The position numbers and the translations under genes were made by a program. The notes under the pieces were generated by a model, which had not been told where the DNA came from, searched no databases, and saw only the letters and a program-made list of their open reading frames with translations. Shown here piece by piece: positions 51,377 to 64,000 of a stretch of 64,000 nt of DNA. Numbering within the stretch: position 1 is the stretch's first letter; each line of letters begins with the position of its first letter. This DNA is from Amphiscolops sp. MND2022 (lineage: Eukaryota), in the NCBI GenBank assembly GCA_964187785.1, contig OZ076409.1, positions 15,068,001-15,132,000 of the forward strand, written 5' to 3'.

Positions 51377-52189
51377 ATGTCAGACATCTCTGAGACTTTC
51401 CCGATGGACTTCATCGGAGCAGCAAGATCAGAAGGGGAACCGGCAATCATATACATCTCTAGTGACGAAGAGGAAGCGATGGACTCGAATTGTGGGTGCT
51501 CTGTGGATGACTTGTACTTGTCGTCCGAAGACGAATCAGACGAGGTTAGGCTCATGGCTAAATGCATTGAGAGACAACTTGCAGAGCCCATATCAATTCC
51601 TTCAACCTCAGCCAGTCAGACGCAGAAATGACCTGTGACGACCAGACCAAGTGTGCCACCATTTCCTACCTTTGGGGAGAAGTACTTCGACTTGGCAAGA
51701 GGAAATGGGCCTGTAAGTCGGGACAACAGGATCAAATCTAACCACCCCATAAATATCTGCCGAAAACTAGTGCCGCAAGTGGACACCCCGCTATCTCCGC
51801 CTGAACAGGACAGAGGACTTCAATACCTATGTGAGCCTCATGACGATTCACCATCCTCCATGAACACGTCAATGGAAGCGTTGGCAAGTCATTTCGACGA
51901 GATGGTCCTTGCCGAGCCACCCTCCTTAGTCAACTACTCAGACTGCATAATATGCGGGAAACCAGTGCAACAAATTCAAGAAGAGACCGTCAACGAATAC
52001 CTGGACAAGACAGTAACTGTAGGAGAGACTTTAGCTGAGACTCAGGCAAGGAGGAGGGCATTCCTAGATGGCATGAACGCAGGCGCTTTTCTACTTATGC
52101 CAGGGGAGTGTCGCGGGCTGCCGCCTGCGACGGCAATTGGTACTCAATCGGATACAATTACAATACTCTCCCTGGTACCCTCCCAATGA
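51377..52189 (+). CDS. Gypsy-B sense accessory ORF (~270 codons, one in-frame TGA at 51629) crossing the PPT into the 3' LTR
   Basis: ORFs 51320-51631 and 51635-52189 share a frame. Acidic N-terminus IIYISSDEEE and a CIICGK motif. No transmembrane or Env features. Confidence 0.6.
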
Positions 52190-53858
52190 ACTGAGGAATG
52201 GACTATTAGTCCGAAAGCCTAAGAAGACAAACTACAAACTTATCTTATTATGATTGATTTCGCATATGTTGATATAAGTATATCATTTTATTCGGGGCTT
52301 TTATATTACTGAAATTTGAAATGCTTTGGAATAATTATCCGGAATTAGCCATGTAAAGTATGTAGTTGAAAGTTGAATATAGTGTATTAATACATGTATA
52401 ACAGTGATAGATATATACCACGGTTGAGAAATTGGACACCAAGGCGAACAGGTAAAGGAAACGAAATCAAATGTTTCCTCTCCTGTCTCGCTAGACGCGC
52501 TGTCCGTCCAATTTCTCAACCAATCACAGTGCACTGTTCAATTGCTCGCTTATTCACTCCTGTGCTGTATTCTAAATTAAAGGACTCAAGGGCCACACGC
52601 CACCACAACGACACTACTTTTGTATTAAATAAAGGCGCGTGGACACTGAGTCCAAAGTAGAATAAAAGAGGTGCGTATATCGAAATTAATAATGTACTAT
52701 CTCAGGAGCGGTATATTTACTCTGATTGGACATCTGTCACCTTGATTACAAAAGGACCATTAGTCCTTTCCCCCCTCTTTTTGTGTTCTCCTATTTTCCA
52801 GAACTTCCTGGATAGAAAGTCAAAATGAGCTGTTTGTATCTTAAGAAGCCACAAAGGACAGCTCAATGTTCACACACCATCTTTGCATGTATTAATTCCA
52901 TATGATTTAGCATGTATTGTTTTACATGAAGTGTTGCTACTGAAACTCAATTGGATGGCCTAAAGGGGCACATGTACATCTTTGAATGTAACTACTTCAT
53001 ATATGTAGAAGCACGTAAATCATTTACGTCATGGTTGTTGCTATTTTTAGTATTACGATAATATACTTGTAAAGACACGTTGTATGTTGTGTCTATTTTT
53101 AGAATACCTGTTACTGAAATTAGACTGATGACTACCACTATTATGCATGTCATGTTTGGTTGATTATAAATAACCGGGACCCGTTGTCCCGGGGATATAA
53201 TTTTCCTATGACAAGTCACAGTCAGTTCGCTGTTAAAATACCGAATACAATACTGTTTGCAAGCTTAAAGATTCCAATTCAAATTCTTTCCTCTTGCAAC
53301 AATCTCTTATGCCTTCTACGAGACGTCAAAAGGCGAAAGCTAGGAAATCTAGAGAAATGGACATGCTGTCCGACATAGAAATTATGGACGTAATGCTAGG
53401 CAATGGGAGTAATAACCCCATAGAAAGGGAATTAGTCGATGCCATTGAACAATCATCAGTACAAGGAGATATTGAGGCGAATGAATACCTGGGAAATCAG
53501 TATACTAGTTTTCCTCATGAAAATAATCTTCCTAGACAAGATGACATAAGGCAATCCCTTGAGACCTTTTCAAACGAGTTCAATCTTAGACTGTCACAGG
53601 AAATGGATTCAATGATGTCTATGGTGCATAGTCAGATAAACAGGGCAATTAGCAATGCTATCTCTGAGAGAGTCATTCCTGAAATCCAGAACATCGTGAG
53701 TTCTATGTCTTCCTCAGGAAATAGGGACACTGAGGCTAGTGTTTCTCCAAATAGCCAGGAAAACAGGGAATGTTCATCCGGGTTCAAGCCTAAATTTACA
53801 AAAGGAGACTCACGGTCCGTGTGTGATTTAAGAGACACAACAGGTCGTAGTCATTACA
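52109..53858 (+). repeat. Gypsy-B 3' LTR (1750 bp), carrying a second copy of the gag N-terminus (ATG 53309)
   Basis: Direct repeat of 37914-39663. ORF 53294-53944 matches gag up to GRSHY and then reads into the flank. Confidence 0.97.
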
Positions 53859-53863
53859 CTATA

Positions 53864-56560
53864 GCCCCGTCCTTTAATGATATGTCATCCACTATTGTTA
53901 ATGCGTCCCTAAAACGGTACCCAGTTCAAAAGTTTTCTTTATAATATGTGTTTTACAATTCATTTTGAATAGCTGCTGTCAGTGATTGGATTTCTTTGTC
54001 GGCTAATGTGGCGTCACGAAATTTTCTGGAAGAATTCGACCCACATGATCTGACGAGGCCAACCTTGAATTCGTTTTCGATTTCTGACTCATCATTCAAT
54101 GCGGATTTGTGAAGCCTTGAGAGAACGTCAGCTATACTAGCGGGACCAGGTTGGAATGTCAGTTCGAAGTCGTAGTCGGCACAGTGGTCAACTATATTGA
54201 CCGTATATATATATAAAGTATTTTCGTAAGCAGATCCTGTTTGCTTATTAAATACTCCGAGTAATGGTTTATGGTCCGTAACAACTGTAAATCGTTTCCC
54301 ATAAATATAGTTATGACATTCGATGAGTCCGTTATATATTGCTAATGCTTCAGGTTCGATTTGAGCATAACGCTGCTCTACTTCGGAAAATACCTCAGAA
54401 CTGTAAAATGCGGGTATCCAGTTGTTTCCATCCTTCTGCAAGGAAACTGCACCGGATGTGCAGGGCGATCCATCGACAACTAATCTCTGCTCAGCTTCTG
54501 TTCTACAGAATGTGAGGGAGGGTAAACTAAATATCACAGATTTGGCCTTCCGAAAAGCACTTTCATGCTCTGGTTTCCACGTCCAATTCGTATTCTTTTT
54601 GTTGAGTTTCTGTAATGGTTCTCGAATTGATGCCATGTTTGGTGCTTATTGCTGCAGAAAGCTTATCGAACTAAGGTATGAACGTAATTGGCTTAGATTT
54701 TTAGGTTGCAACATATTAGTAATGGCTTCGACTTTTTGGGGGTCAGCACGTACGCCTGAATCTCCAACGACATGTACCAAAAATTTGATCTCACGCTTTG
54801 GGAATTCGCATTTCTTCGGGTTAAGTGTTACACCATCTTCTGCCATACGTTCTTAGACAGCGTGAAGTCTCCTATTGTGTTCTTCTTGAGTTCTTCCATG
54901 AACGACGACGTCGTCTTGTAGTTTGCCGACACCTTCCAGACCCTGTTATACCAAATTCATAAGCGGATCCATCGCGTCGGATGCGGCTTTCATACCGAAC
55001 TGTATCTTTTGAATCTGAAGAGGCGTGCAAATACAGCCAAAGTTGTGTTTTAACGGGTTTCTTAATTCAATTTGCCAGGAACCTTTTTTCATTTCCTGCT
55101 TTGAGAAGTATTACTGCCAGAGAATTGTGTTAGCAAATGTTCAACTTTCGACAGTGGGTAATGATGACGTATATTGGCTTTGTTGACTTGCCGCAAATCT
55201 ATTGTCAACCGCGGTTCCTTGGATTCGTTTAACACTTTTTAAACTGGACTGATCCAGCGACTTTCAGAACATTCTTCAATAATGTCCATAAACAACATCT
55301 TTTTAATTTCGTCTTTAGTCCAAGATTGAACGGCAGAGGCGGAAACACATTCTTTCTGGGCAATAGTTGTTGCATTTGTGTGAATCTGTTAATCGTAGCT
55401 AAATTTCTTGATGGGTTCGAGATTTTCGCGAAACAACTGCAGATAGTTCTTGAGTACCTCGACCGTCTGCATTGTGTTTGCAGAATCTGGGGCGCTAGAT
55501 TTAGCTGAGGTGTGCAATACTTTTATTGCGCCGTCGATTAATGCCCAATCGCGTGCGGCAACGAGTGCCATCAGTGGCTTATCATCTTCATCCATGACGT
55601 AAAAAACCGTTGTAATATGGCGACCAGATAGTGAAAGATTCGCATGACCGTATCCTTTGAATGTCATCGCTGGCTAAAGTTGGTGCTTTGCTTTACCAAT
55701 TCCCGGTGAAAAAGATAATGGTATAATAGAATATTTCGAACCTGTGTCAACTTGCATTGGTAGTTCAACTCCGTCGATTTTGGGTGATACAGACCATGAG
55801 TCAGAATGATGATTATCAATTTTACCAACAACCTCGTAGAACTGGTCGCTAGTATATGGTTCATCGATAATTGTCGAGAAGCTCGATGATTCTATTTCTC
55901 TTGTGCCAGTTTCTTCCTGCAAACAGAATCGAAATGTCCTTTCTTATTGCAGAATCGACAGGTAGAAATCTTAGCCTTACATTCAGCAGCTCCACGAAAA
56001 TGTCCTGCTTTACCGCAAGCAAAGCATTTGTTGTCACTGCTCGTCTTTTCGGAATTTGGCTTCGGAAGTGGCACTTTTTCGAATGCTTTGTAACGCTTTT
56101 CGATATTGTTGAGGTCTTCGGGTTCATCATTGCAGCACTTTTTTGAGTTTGTTCGAAGGTACGAGCAATCGTCATTGCCTTTTCCAATGTCAAACCGTCG
56201 CCTTCCGTGAGAAGTTATTCTCGAATTTTTGGATTATGACATTTTTCAATGATTCGACTGATAATCTGATCCTTTCTGTCAGCGAAACTGCATGTTGTTC
56301 CCAGCTTTCGTTGTTCTGATACGAATTTGTCGGTACTCTACTGAGGCTGTTGAATGCGACATTTAAATCGATATCGCTCTGCCCAATCGTTGCCTTTGGG
56401 AGCAAAGACTTCGTGCAGTTAATCTTTCACATGCTTGACGGTCGTTTTGTCTCCGGCAAGGTTATCAAGAATTGACTGAACAGCTGGACTTGCTAGAAGG
56501 CGCACGGTTGCGCGTTGGACTTTAACAGCTTCGTCATTGAAGGAACTGTAAGTTCGGCGA
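53864..56560 (-). mobile_element. Older Mag-like Gypsy: gag, PR, RT, RNase H half (decayed)
   Basis: TLEKAMTIARTFE, double knuckle CFACGKAGH...CRFCNKKGHFDSVC, MQVDTGS, LNPKKCEF, VDGSP...RYAQIEPEALAI...TDHKPL. Joins 37913 as LKDGAI|VIP once Gypsy-B is removed. Confidence 0.9.
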
Positions 56561-56964
56561 AGTCAGTTCGTATGTTTGGAAGAGATCAGTCAATAAGGTA
56601 ACAGTTGTATTGCATCATCTTCGATAAACAAGATTTCGAGATAGCAAAGCCCCTTTTTTGTAATGCTTGGAAAAAACCATTGATCATTTTTCAGTTTGCG
56701 GGAACGTTTTTGCTAACCAAGTTTTCTTTGTTTCACAATATCAAAAAACTGACTCATGCTTTTCATTCAGGCCTTTTTTGTTACGAAACATTCTCCGGGC
56801 CCAAGAAAATGTGAAAACAAAACGTTAGAAACGAAAAATGAAACTTAATAAACGTTTTGTTCCTCGAAGCACAGCTTACATTATTTTTTTGATATACAAG
56901 TTACATGGTATTCCCTGATACGTAGGGTTACGAGAGAAACAAACAAAGAACAAAGTATTTTAGA

Positions 56965-59900
56965 TTATTGACTACCCGGAGAATCAGAAGGTGGGAGAAC
57001 GGGTGCAAAGTTGACGATGGGTCGAACCAGGTTTCCTGTTGTTGTCTTCAGTTCTGCAGAGCAGGCGACTGAGTCGGGTCCGTAGTTCAACTTAACCACA
57101 CGTGCAAGTAAGTATTGTCCTCGTGGGCTCGTGTGCTCGACAATCCAGACAAGATCTCCGGTCTTCAGGTCTCGATCTGATTGGGCAGACCACTTTGAAC
57201 GACGATTAAATAAAGGGACGTATTCTCTTAACCAGCGTTCCCAATTAGCATCGGAGTATGCTTGAGCACGAACGTAGCGCTTACGGTGGTCAATGTCGGC
57301 TCGTTGGTGGGAAGGCATACTGGAGCCGCCCGCCAACAGGAAATGGCTCGGGGTCAGAGCATCGAAATCAGTTGCATCTAAACTTACCGGTACAAGTGGA
57401 CGGGAATTAGGACTCTGCTCGACTAAACAAAACGTTGTTGCCAGAATTTCATCAGTTATTCGACGGTTTCCAAGAATGGCGTAGAAGACGTGTTTAAAAC
57501 TCCTAACAATACGTTCCCAAACACCTCCGTGGTGGGGAATACCGGGAGAATTAAACTTCCATTGGTTCCGTTTTTTCACCAACGTTTCTGACAAGGCCTG
57601 TTGGTTCCAAAATGAAACTTTTTGTAACCACTCCTTCTCACCGGCGAAAAAATTTGTTCCATTTTCAGACCACAAGACCGATGGAGTGCTCCTGAGGGCA
57701 ATGAAACGCTTTATTCTCATCACACAACTACTGGTATCCATCGATGGGACAACTTCAAAGGTAACAGCTCTAGTATAGTAGTAAGACAGATGAAAAGGAA
57801 ACCCCATCGTTTTTCTGTTGACCTTTTAACAGAAACATAGAAAGGCCAGAAGTAGTCGATGCCAGTATTAGTGAAAGGAGGTTCTCTTTAAGCTAGTCTT
57901 TCCGACATGTTACACACTTCGAGACTACTGTCCGCAGGGCTGCTCCAAGTTTGACGATAGCGAAATAATGCTGCACTAACGCCCTCAAATAGTCAACACC
58001 TTGGTGACAGTGTGTTTGATTGAGATGTTCTAGGAAAAGCCGGATAACAGGATGTCGGCTATCGAGTGGAACTGGAGATTTGGCATCAAAGTTGGACACT
58101 TCGAGTTGCTTCGTTCGACCTGTTGCTCGCAAGAGTCCATGCGGCCCAATGAAGGGGGATGATTGGAGGATCTTGGAAACACAGCGAAGTGGGGACCCCC
58201 GCAATAGACTCGTCTTATCCGTATAGAAAGACTCTTGTTGCACATGGTAGAAAAGTCTGCGTTGAGCATTCTCTAGTTCTCAAGGATCAGTGATAGAACC
58301 CGATATGGAACGGTATGTTTTATTTTTGGCAGTAAACGCAAAGTGTAGGCAACAACGCGCAGGAGTTTTTCATAGGAGCTGTACGTTCAAGCTGCCAATC
58401 AAGAGTTGATTCGCTGTTGGCTACTGTTACACTCAACGCAGTCTCAGTTTCAAAAGTAATGTGATCGCTTTTAAGTCTCAGTTTCAAATGTAATGCGATC
58501 GCCTTCGAAAAGGTCTGGCGTTTTTGCTTTCAGTTGGAATCTAACGTTTGTTGGTGGTTCAAATTGCCAGTCGGATGTTTTCAAGAACGTGGGTCCGGTG
58601 AGCCAAGGGCTATCACGAGAAGACTTGACCCAAAATCCGCGTGTCCCAGCATCGGCCGGGTTATCGCTTAACTTCACCTCGTTCCATTGTTGACCGTACT
58701 AAGTTCCAGGATCTCTGCTACACGGTTGGTAACGAAGACCGGCTGCTTTTCTAACGAGTGCAGCCAGTGCAGACCCGTTGTGCTGTCAGTATAATGAAAA
58801 TCGTGTCGATCTGCATCGTGAGGGCGTTTTGAATATCTCTTCGGAGCCGTGCTGCAAGCAAGGAGGCTTGTAACTCGAGCTTGGGTATTGTAAGTGATTT
58901 CATAGGTGCCACTCGCGCCTTCATGTAGACGAATGCTAGTTTGGTACTGGTACAGTTACCATTCGTTACTTTTCTTTTCCTCGTAAAAAAGCGACAGCGC
59001 TGAAAAACCTCTTGTGAACTATCAACAAACATGTGAAGCTCCAGTGATTCCACACTGCCTTCGAAATAGCTCTGGGAATTCCAATTTTGCCCAATGTTGG
59101 TAACTCTTTGCTCCATTCAATGAACTTGGTTAGGAGTTCATCGGGTAGGTCACCGTCCCATTGTTGACTCACTTAATCTCCAGATGTCTTTCAACAATAC
59201 CCTGGCTTGCACGGTGTAAGGAGCACGAGGCCATTTGGGTTGTCTTTTTGGTAGTGCCTCGACTCACTACAAGTGTATCAGATGAGTGATTCCACTCAAG
59301 TCCCAAAACATGGGAACACTTGTCAGCACTCGGTATCGCTTTTTCTTGATTCGGTGTCGAATTTGGTTCGAGCTCGGTTGGAAGCTGATCTACGTTTGAA
59401 ACGAACTTGGTTAAATTGAATCCACATTTGCCTGTAGTTTTACTAGATTTTTCGCTTCGTTGCTGGCTTCTTCCACGGTAGGACTTGATTCCAAGTAGTC
59501 GTCCATGTAGAAATATCTGTGGACACTTAGAGCTGCTTGCGGAAAGTCGCTTTGATAGTCGGTACCAGTGCATTTCAGGGCGTAGTTGGCGCACGTAGGC
59601 GAGTCTTTGGAACCAAAGATATGTCGGGTATATTGGTAGACAGCCATTTCGGAAGCTGGACCTTCCCGCCACGAGAAACGAAGTGACGGTCGATCGCGCG
59701 AAATAACTCCAACTTGCATAAACATTCCCTCAATGTCTGCGCAGACGGCACACTTTAACTGCCAGAAACGGAGTGAAATGTGGATTAAACTTTGCAGCGA
59801 ATCCGGTCCGGTTAACAAGGCGCTGTTCAGAAATTGAACCTGAAATTTTGCTGCTCCGTTCAAAACTCTTCTGACTTCGCCAGGTTTTTGAGGGTGAACA

Positions 59901-62900
59901 ACTGGGTGGTGCGGCAAATACCACTCTCGGGGGATTTTAACTTCTAGGCAGTCTGTTTTTTTCAATTTTCTAGATGCACCCTTTATCCAAGTCATCTTGG
60001 ATTGTTTTCCCGTATTTCTGTTTCAACTCGAGGTCTTTTCTGAAACGTCGCTCCAACGATTTTAGCTGTACCAGGGCAGGAAAGTAGTTATTCGGCAAGC
60101 TACTTCCGTTTTCTGCCCACAACATTCCCACTTGGTACCGTGAACTATCGTGGTATGTTGTTTCTTCAAGTATTTTCGACACACTGGCATCGGCAGCGGA
60201 ACGCGAATCCACTTGTTTATACGTTCCGTACGATTCCATATCGTACCAGCAACGTAGTTGGTCAACAACTTCTCAATCCTTTTCTTTATCACAAGTAACA
60301 GCTCTAAGCAAGTTGAATAGAATCCAGAGGTCGCCGCTAGTGGTCCATCCAAAACTCAGCCCAATGGTAAACGAACGGTAGCTGGAGTAATTTTGCGGTC
60401 GGAAACGAAATACTCCAGCGGACAGATCAACTGAATTACATTCTGACCAAGGTCATTTCAACTTCAGCGTAACTGTACTTTTTCAAAGCGATTTGTTCGA
60501 GGTGCGGGTACTTTGTTTTCAGCATTTCGACACTAATGAAGTCGGTTCCAACACTAAGATCTTTCCTGACGTACGGTTTTACAGCAAAGGGAGAGCAAGG
60601 GCCACCTGAATGAACGGGTGTCAACTTTAGCTCTACCATTTGTGTGTCAACAACTTGGTTAGAATTAATCCCGTGGAAGGTGAGTTGTGTTGGTTTACCA
60701 GTAACTCTTAACCTTTTCGCCAGATTTGCGGAGATCCAGGAGTGACTACAGGTAGAATCACACAAAGCTAGAACCTTTTCCGACTTACCATGTGCCTGAA
60801 GTTCGACTTCCGTTACTTGTAGTAATCCTTTGAGCTCTGTGACCGAACACATGCCTGAGCTTTCTTATGGTTTCTCGCTGCTTGTCTTTGTGCCAATGCA
60901 GCCAGATGTTTCCGGTTTCGCTTTGTTTTTCGTGAAAATACGCTCATCACCGCGCAAAAGTGTGTTGTGTGAGTTCCCACATTCCTCTTTTGTACATTTA
61001 CAGGGCTGAGGACACTGTCAAAACGAGTGATTGGGGTTGAGGCATGAAAAACAAAGCTTGTTGTCAGCCACAAGTTTTGCTCTCTCTGTGGGTGTCTTTT
61101 TCCTGAAAAATTGACAACTCCACAAAGGATGCTCGTCTTTACAGGCAGCGCAGGTCGACAATTTTTTCATTTTTTTCAACTTTACCCTTGGAACTTGAAC
61201 TTTGTTGGCTAGACGAGGCTATCAAGGCGAAAACTTTGGAGACACTTTTGGTCTTGGTTGTCGTCGTGTTGATACTGTCCTCGGTTTTCGTTTTGAGGGA
61301 CGCAGATTTCATGCGCTCATGCGCGTCTGCTTTGTCTCTGAGCCAATCGTTAAAATCGATCAGTGTCGGTCTGTACAATATTCGCTTCACCGTGTGCCTC
61401 GACCATGCTTCTTTCATGTTCGGTGGAAGCTTTTGCACTGCTTGTCTCAGCAGTGATGCACTGGATAGATCTTGAAGGTAATACAGTGACCGGAAGACTC
61501 CGACGAGAGAACATATGGTCTCCGAGTAACTGGTGATGCTCTCACTGTTGTGCATCTTTACAGGTGGGAAGTTCGATAACTTGTCCAGGTACGCAGTCAC
61601 TACAGTCTGGGGCTGACCGAATTTCCGTTCTAAAGTTTTCAGGGCGTCTTTCTACATCGGTCCACAGCATACGAATTCGGAAATTGCAGTTTTGGCTTCA
61701 CCGGTTACGGTGTCTTCAGGTACGTTAGCTTGACATCGTCTGTTAGATGTGCCAAATCGATAGCGCTTTTGAATTGACCGAACCATTCGTTCCATAGTAG
61801 TGGAGCGCCGCTGTATTGTGCTAACTTCCACTCGAGCAGGAGGTCTTTCTTAGTTGCAGCTAACAAAAGAGCAAGATCTTGAATGGAAACCCCTGTTGTA
61901 TTTGGTTGCTGTATCAACGTGAATCCTGTAGGCACAAAAGTTGCAGCTGTTGGACTTAAGGACGTTGTTGGTTGCGTTGTGTAAACGATGGGGGTACTAA
62001 CAGTCGCTGGCGGAAAATAGTACACAGTTCCCCCACTAGTCACAGGTATCGGTTGTACGTTGCTGACCGGTGTGAGAACACCCGGATTTGTAAACACGCT
62101 CGTCGGCGGCGGCCGGGTTGAAACTGTTGTGACAATCGGTGTCGTTTTAAAAGTTGAGTTCGGGAACGTCCATGCGGATAAGTTAGGTAGGATATGGTTC
62201 ACCGGAATTAAGAATGTTGGCACCCTTGGCGGTATCCACGGCTGCGGGACGTGTGACAAAGTACTGGTTGACGGAAGGGTAGGCAATTGTTGTGAAATGG
62301 CCGATGTTGATGGTCTTGGGACCGACACGGTGTTGTCCTGAAGTATAAGTGATGTTACAGCCTTTGCTACAGTAGTTGTACCCGCGGTTGTTGACGGAAC
62401 CAAAGTTGTGGGTACATCAACTGTTGTGAACGCTTGGTTCGTACCGTCTGGTCTCAGTGTTAACATGTCGACAATACCCCGTGGCTGTAGAGATGTCACT
62501 GCTGTTGTGGTAGCAATGGGCGTCGCAATGGCCATGGAAACCACTGCTTCCGGTTGACTGTTTTCGATAGTTACAGCCGGCGAGTTGTTGATCCATTTGC
62601 TTATCCTTTGATTCTCTTTGGCTGCGCTTGCACCACTCAGTCGTGACAAAACTTCGTTCAAATCCTCGTTGGAGTCGGAAAGGTCATCTTGGAGTTCTAA
62701 CTCCACAAGGTGAGCTTTTGCCAGTCGTTTCCGGTATTCCTCATGTAGCTGCTCTAGTTCGAGCTCTTGCTTCTGCTTAGCAAGTCGTAAGGCGCTTCGC
62801 TTTGCCGTTTTTATCTCCTCTCGCTTATGCTGAGCAATAAGCGATTCGCTTTGCCTTTGACTGGATGACGTAGACACTTTGCTACTAGAAGCTTTACTGG

Positions 62901-63290
62901 ATATCACCGTTCTGGAAGTCTTAGCTGACGATTGTGATGACCTTTCAGTGGTAGGGCAAAGGTTCTATGTACTCCCTTGCACTGATGAGAATTTCGTTAT
63001 TTTGGGCAGTGATGACGTTCAGCGATTTTTCCAAATCAGCCTTCACAGATTCAGGGTCACTTGTTTTCTGAGCCAGTTCGAGGGGCTGTTCATTCTTGAA
63101 GAACGCTTTAGCCATTGCATCTTCGCAGTAAGTGACCAACCCTTCGACGCGGACACTGACTTCAGTGTTGTTCACTGACTTCTTGACATCTTTATGAAAC
63201 TTAATAAGGTCGGCTTCAGCTTTCGCACGACTTTCAAACAACTTCTGTATTTTTCTCGCAAAATAGAGCAGACATGATGTTATCAATATT
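56965..63290 (-). mobile_element. Old decayed BEL/Pao element (BEL-B): gag, PR, RT, RNase H, INT; LTRs not resolved
   Basis: YSGAPLLWNEWFGQF, ALCDSTCS, LNSALLTGPD, FGSKDSP, FYMDDY, TIPKLEL, NPADAGTRG, ENGTNF and PHHGGVWERIV, with many frameshifts. Confidence 0.92.
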
Positions 63291-64000
63291 TGAAATAGGT
63301 AGGCGTTTTTATCTTTTCAGACATCAACCAAACGATTAAATTTGGACACAGTTCAAGAAAAGGTTCGGTTGTAGGAAATATGGTGGTAATCGATGACAGC
63401 GCAGTATCCGAACCTTTTTTTCAGAGTATCAACCAGTCTGTCAAGACTGGACCCAACTGTAAAGAAGGAGAAAGAGCCGAAGAGACTTCAACTCATCAGT
63501 GAAGTTCGGACACTGTCTCTTCATCTAGAAGAAACGGAGGGGGGTTACTTACTGAGACGAAGACAGCGAGGAAGCCTTCTTTATAGCGTTACGTGCACGC
63601 TTGCTAGGTCTTTTGGGGAGACTTTTATCAGTTATTGTAGTAAGTGAGTTTTCTTAACGAGCTCTTTTCCCCCAAGCTCTGGGCTCTAATGCAACGCCTT
63701 GATTCAACGCCGAACGAATCTCGCGATCCTTTTGTTTTTTTTCAGAGATATGAAATCTTTGACGATATTGAACACTTTGATACCATGATCAGTTTGCAAT
63801 ATTTTCAGTTCTTCGAAAATGTACGGAGTGCGGTTATGTTGGCAATACACCAGAGCACAAAGCTTGTCCTGAAGGTTTTTCATTTTTTCAATTAGATCCA
63901 ACACTGATAAAGCACGGAAGTTAATGCTATCATGTTTCGAAATACTATTGTTCAAAACATCGTGCCAGATTGCAATGTCTTTTTCATACTTTAGATCTTT

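Larger units (their letters stand above)
37914..53858 (+). mobile_element. 15,945-bp Ty3/Gypsy LTR retrotransposon (Gypsy-B) with accessory genes
   Basis: 1750-bp TG...CA direct repeats, TSD CTATA (37909-37913 and 53859-53863), PBS at 39664, purine tract AGGGGAG at 52102-52108, and gag-pol. Confidence 0.97.

Noticed and set aside
46141..52189. env gene in the post-pol region
   Set aside because: No signal peptide, furin site/fusion peptide or transmembrane helix is visible, and the main ORFs are antisense.
37914..53858. 1750-bp repeats as a segmental duplication or mis-assembly
   Set aside because: TG...CA ends, TSD, PBS, PPT and the cleanly split host pol identify them as LTRs.
63380..63700. 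Possible 5' LTR of BEL-B
   Set aside because: No matching repeat near 56800 and no TGG PBS or TSD found.

Overview
Eukaryotic (most likely animal) transposon-dense DNA with no intact host gene and a 200-N gap at 34419-34618. It is a nest of retroelements. (1) A decayed Ty3/Gypsy element (minus, 1-~18380) has a tandem-duplicated RH-INT segment, and a young BEL/Pao element (8668-17194, ~950-bp LTRs, AGAAT TSD) is inserted in its LTR region. (2) The middle holds decayed LINE, Penelope-like and gag remnants, a hAT-like MITE and an H3.3-like N-terminal tail fragment. (3) A 15.9-kb Ty3/Gypsy element (37914-53858, 1750-bp LTRs, CTATA TSD) is inserted into the pol of an older Mag-like Gypsy. (4) An old BEL/Pao element lies at the right end. 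The main result is the architecture of the 15.9-kb element. Gag starts inside the LTR and reads through the PBS, and pol is reached by a likely -1 frameshift. The 6.2 kb between pol and the 3' LTR carry a five-exon ANTISENSE gene (four phase-compatible GT-AG introns, ~1200 aa, BED zinc finger and hAT-transposase-like motifs), plus a divergent sense ORF that runs through the PPT into the LTR. All assignments are by-eye motif recognition; no database searches were run.
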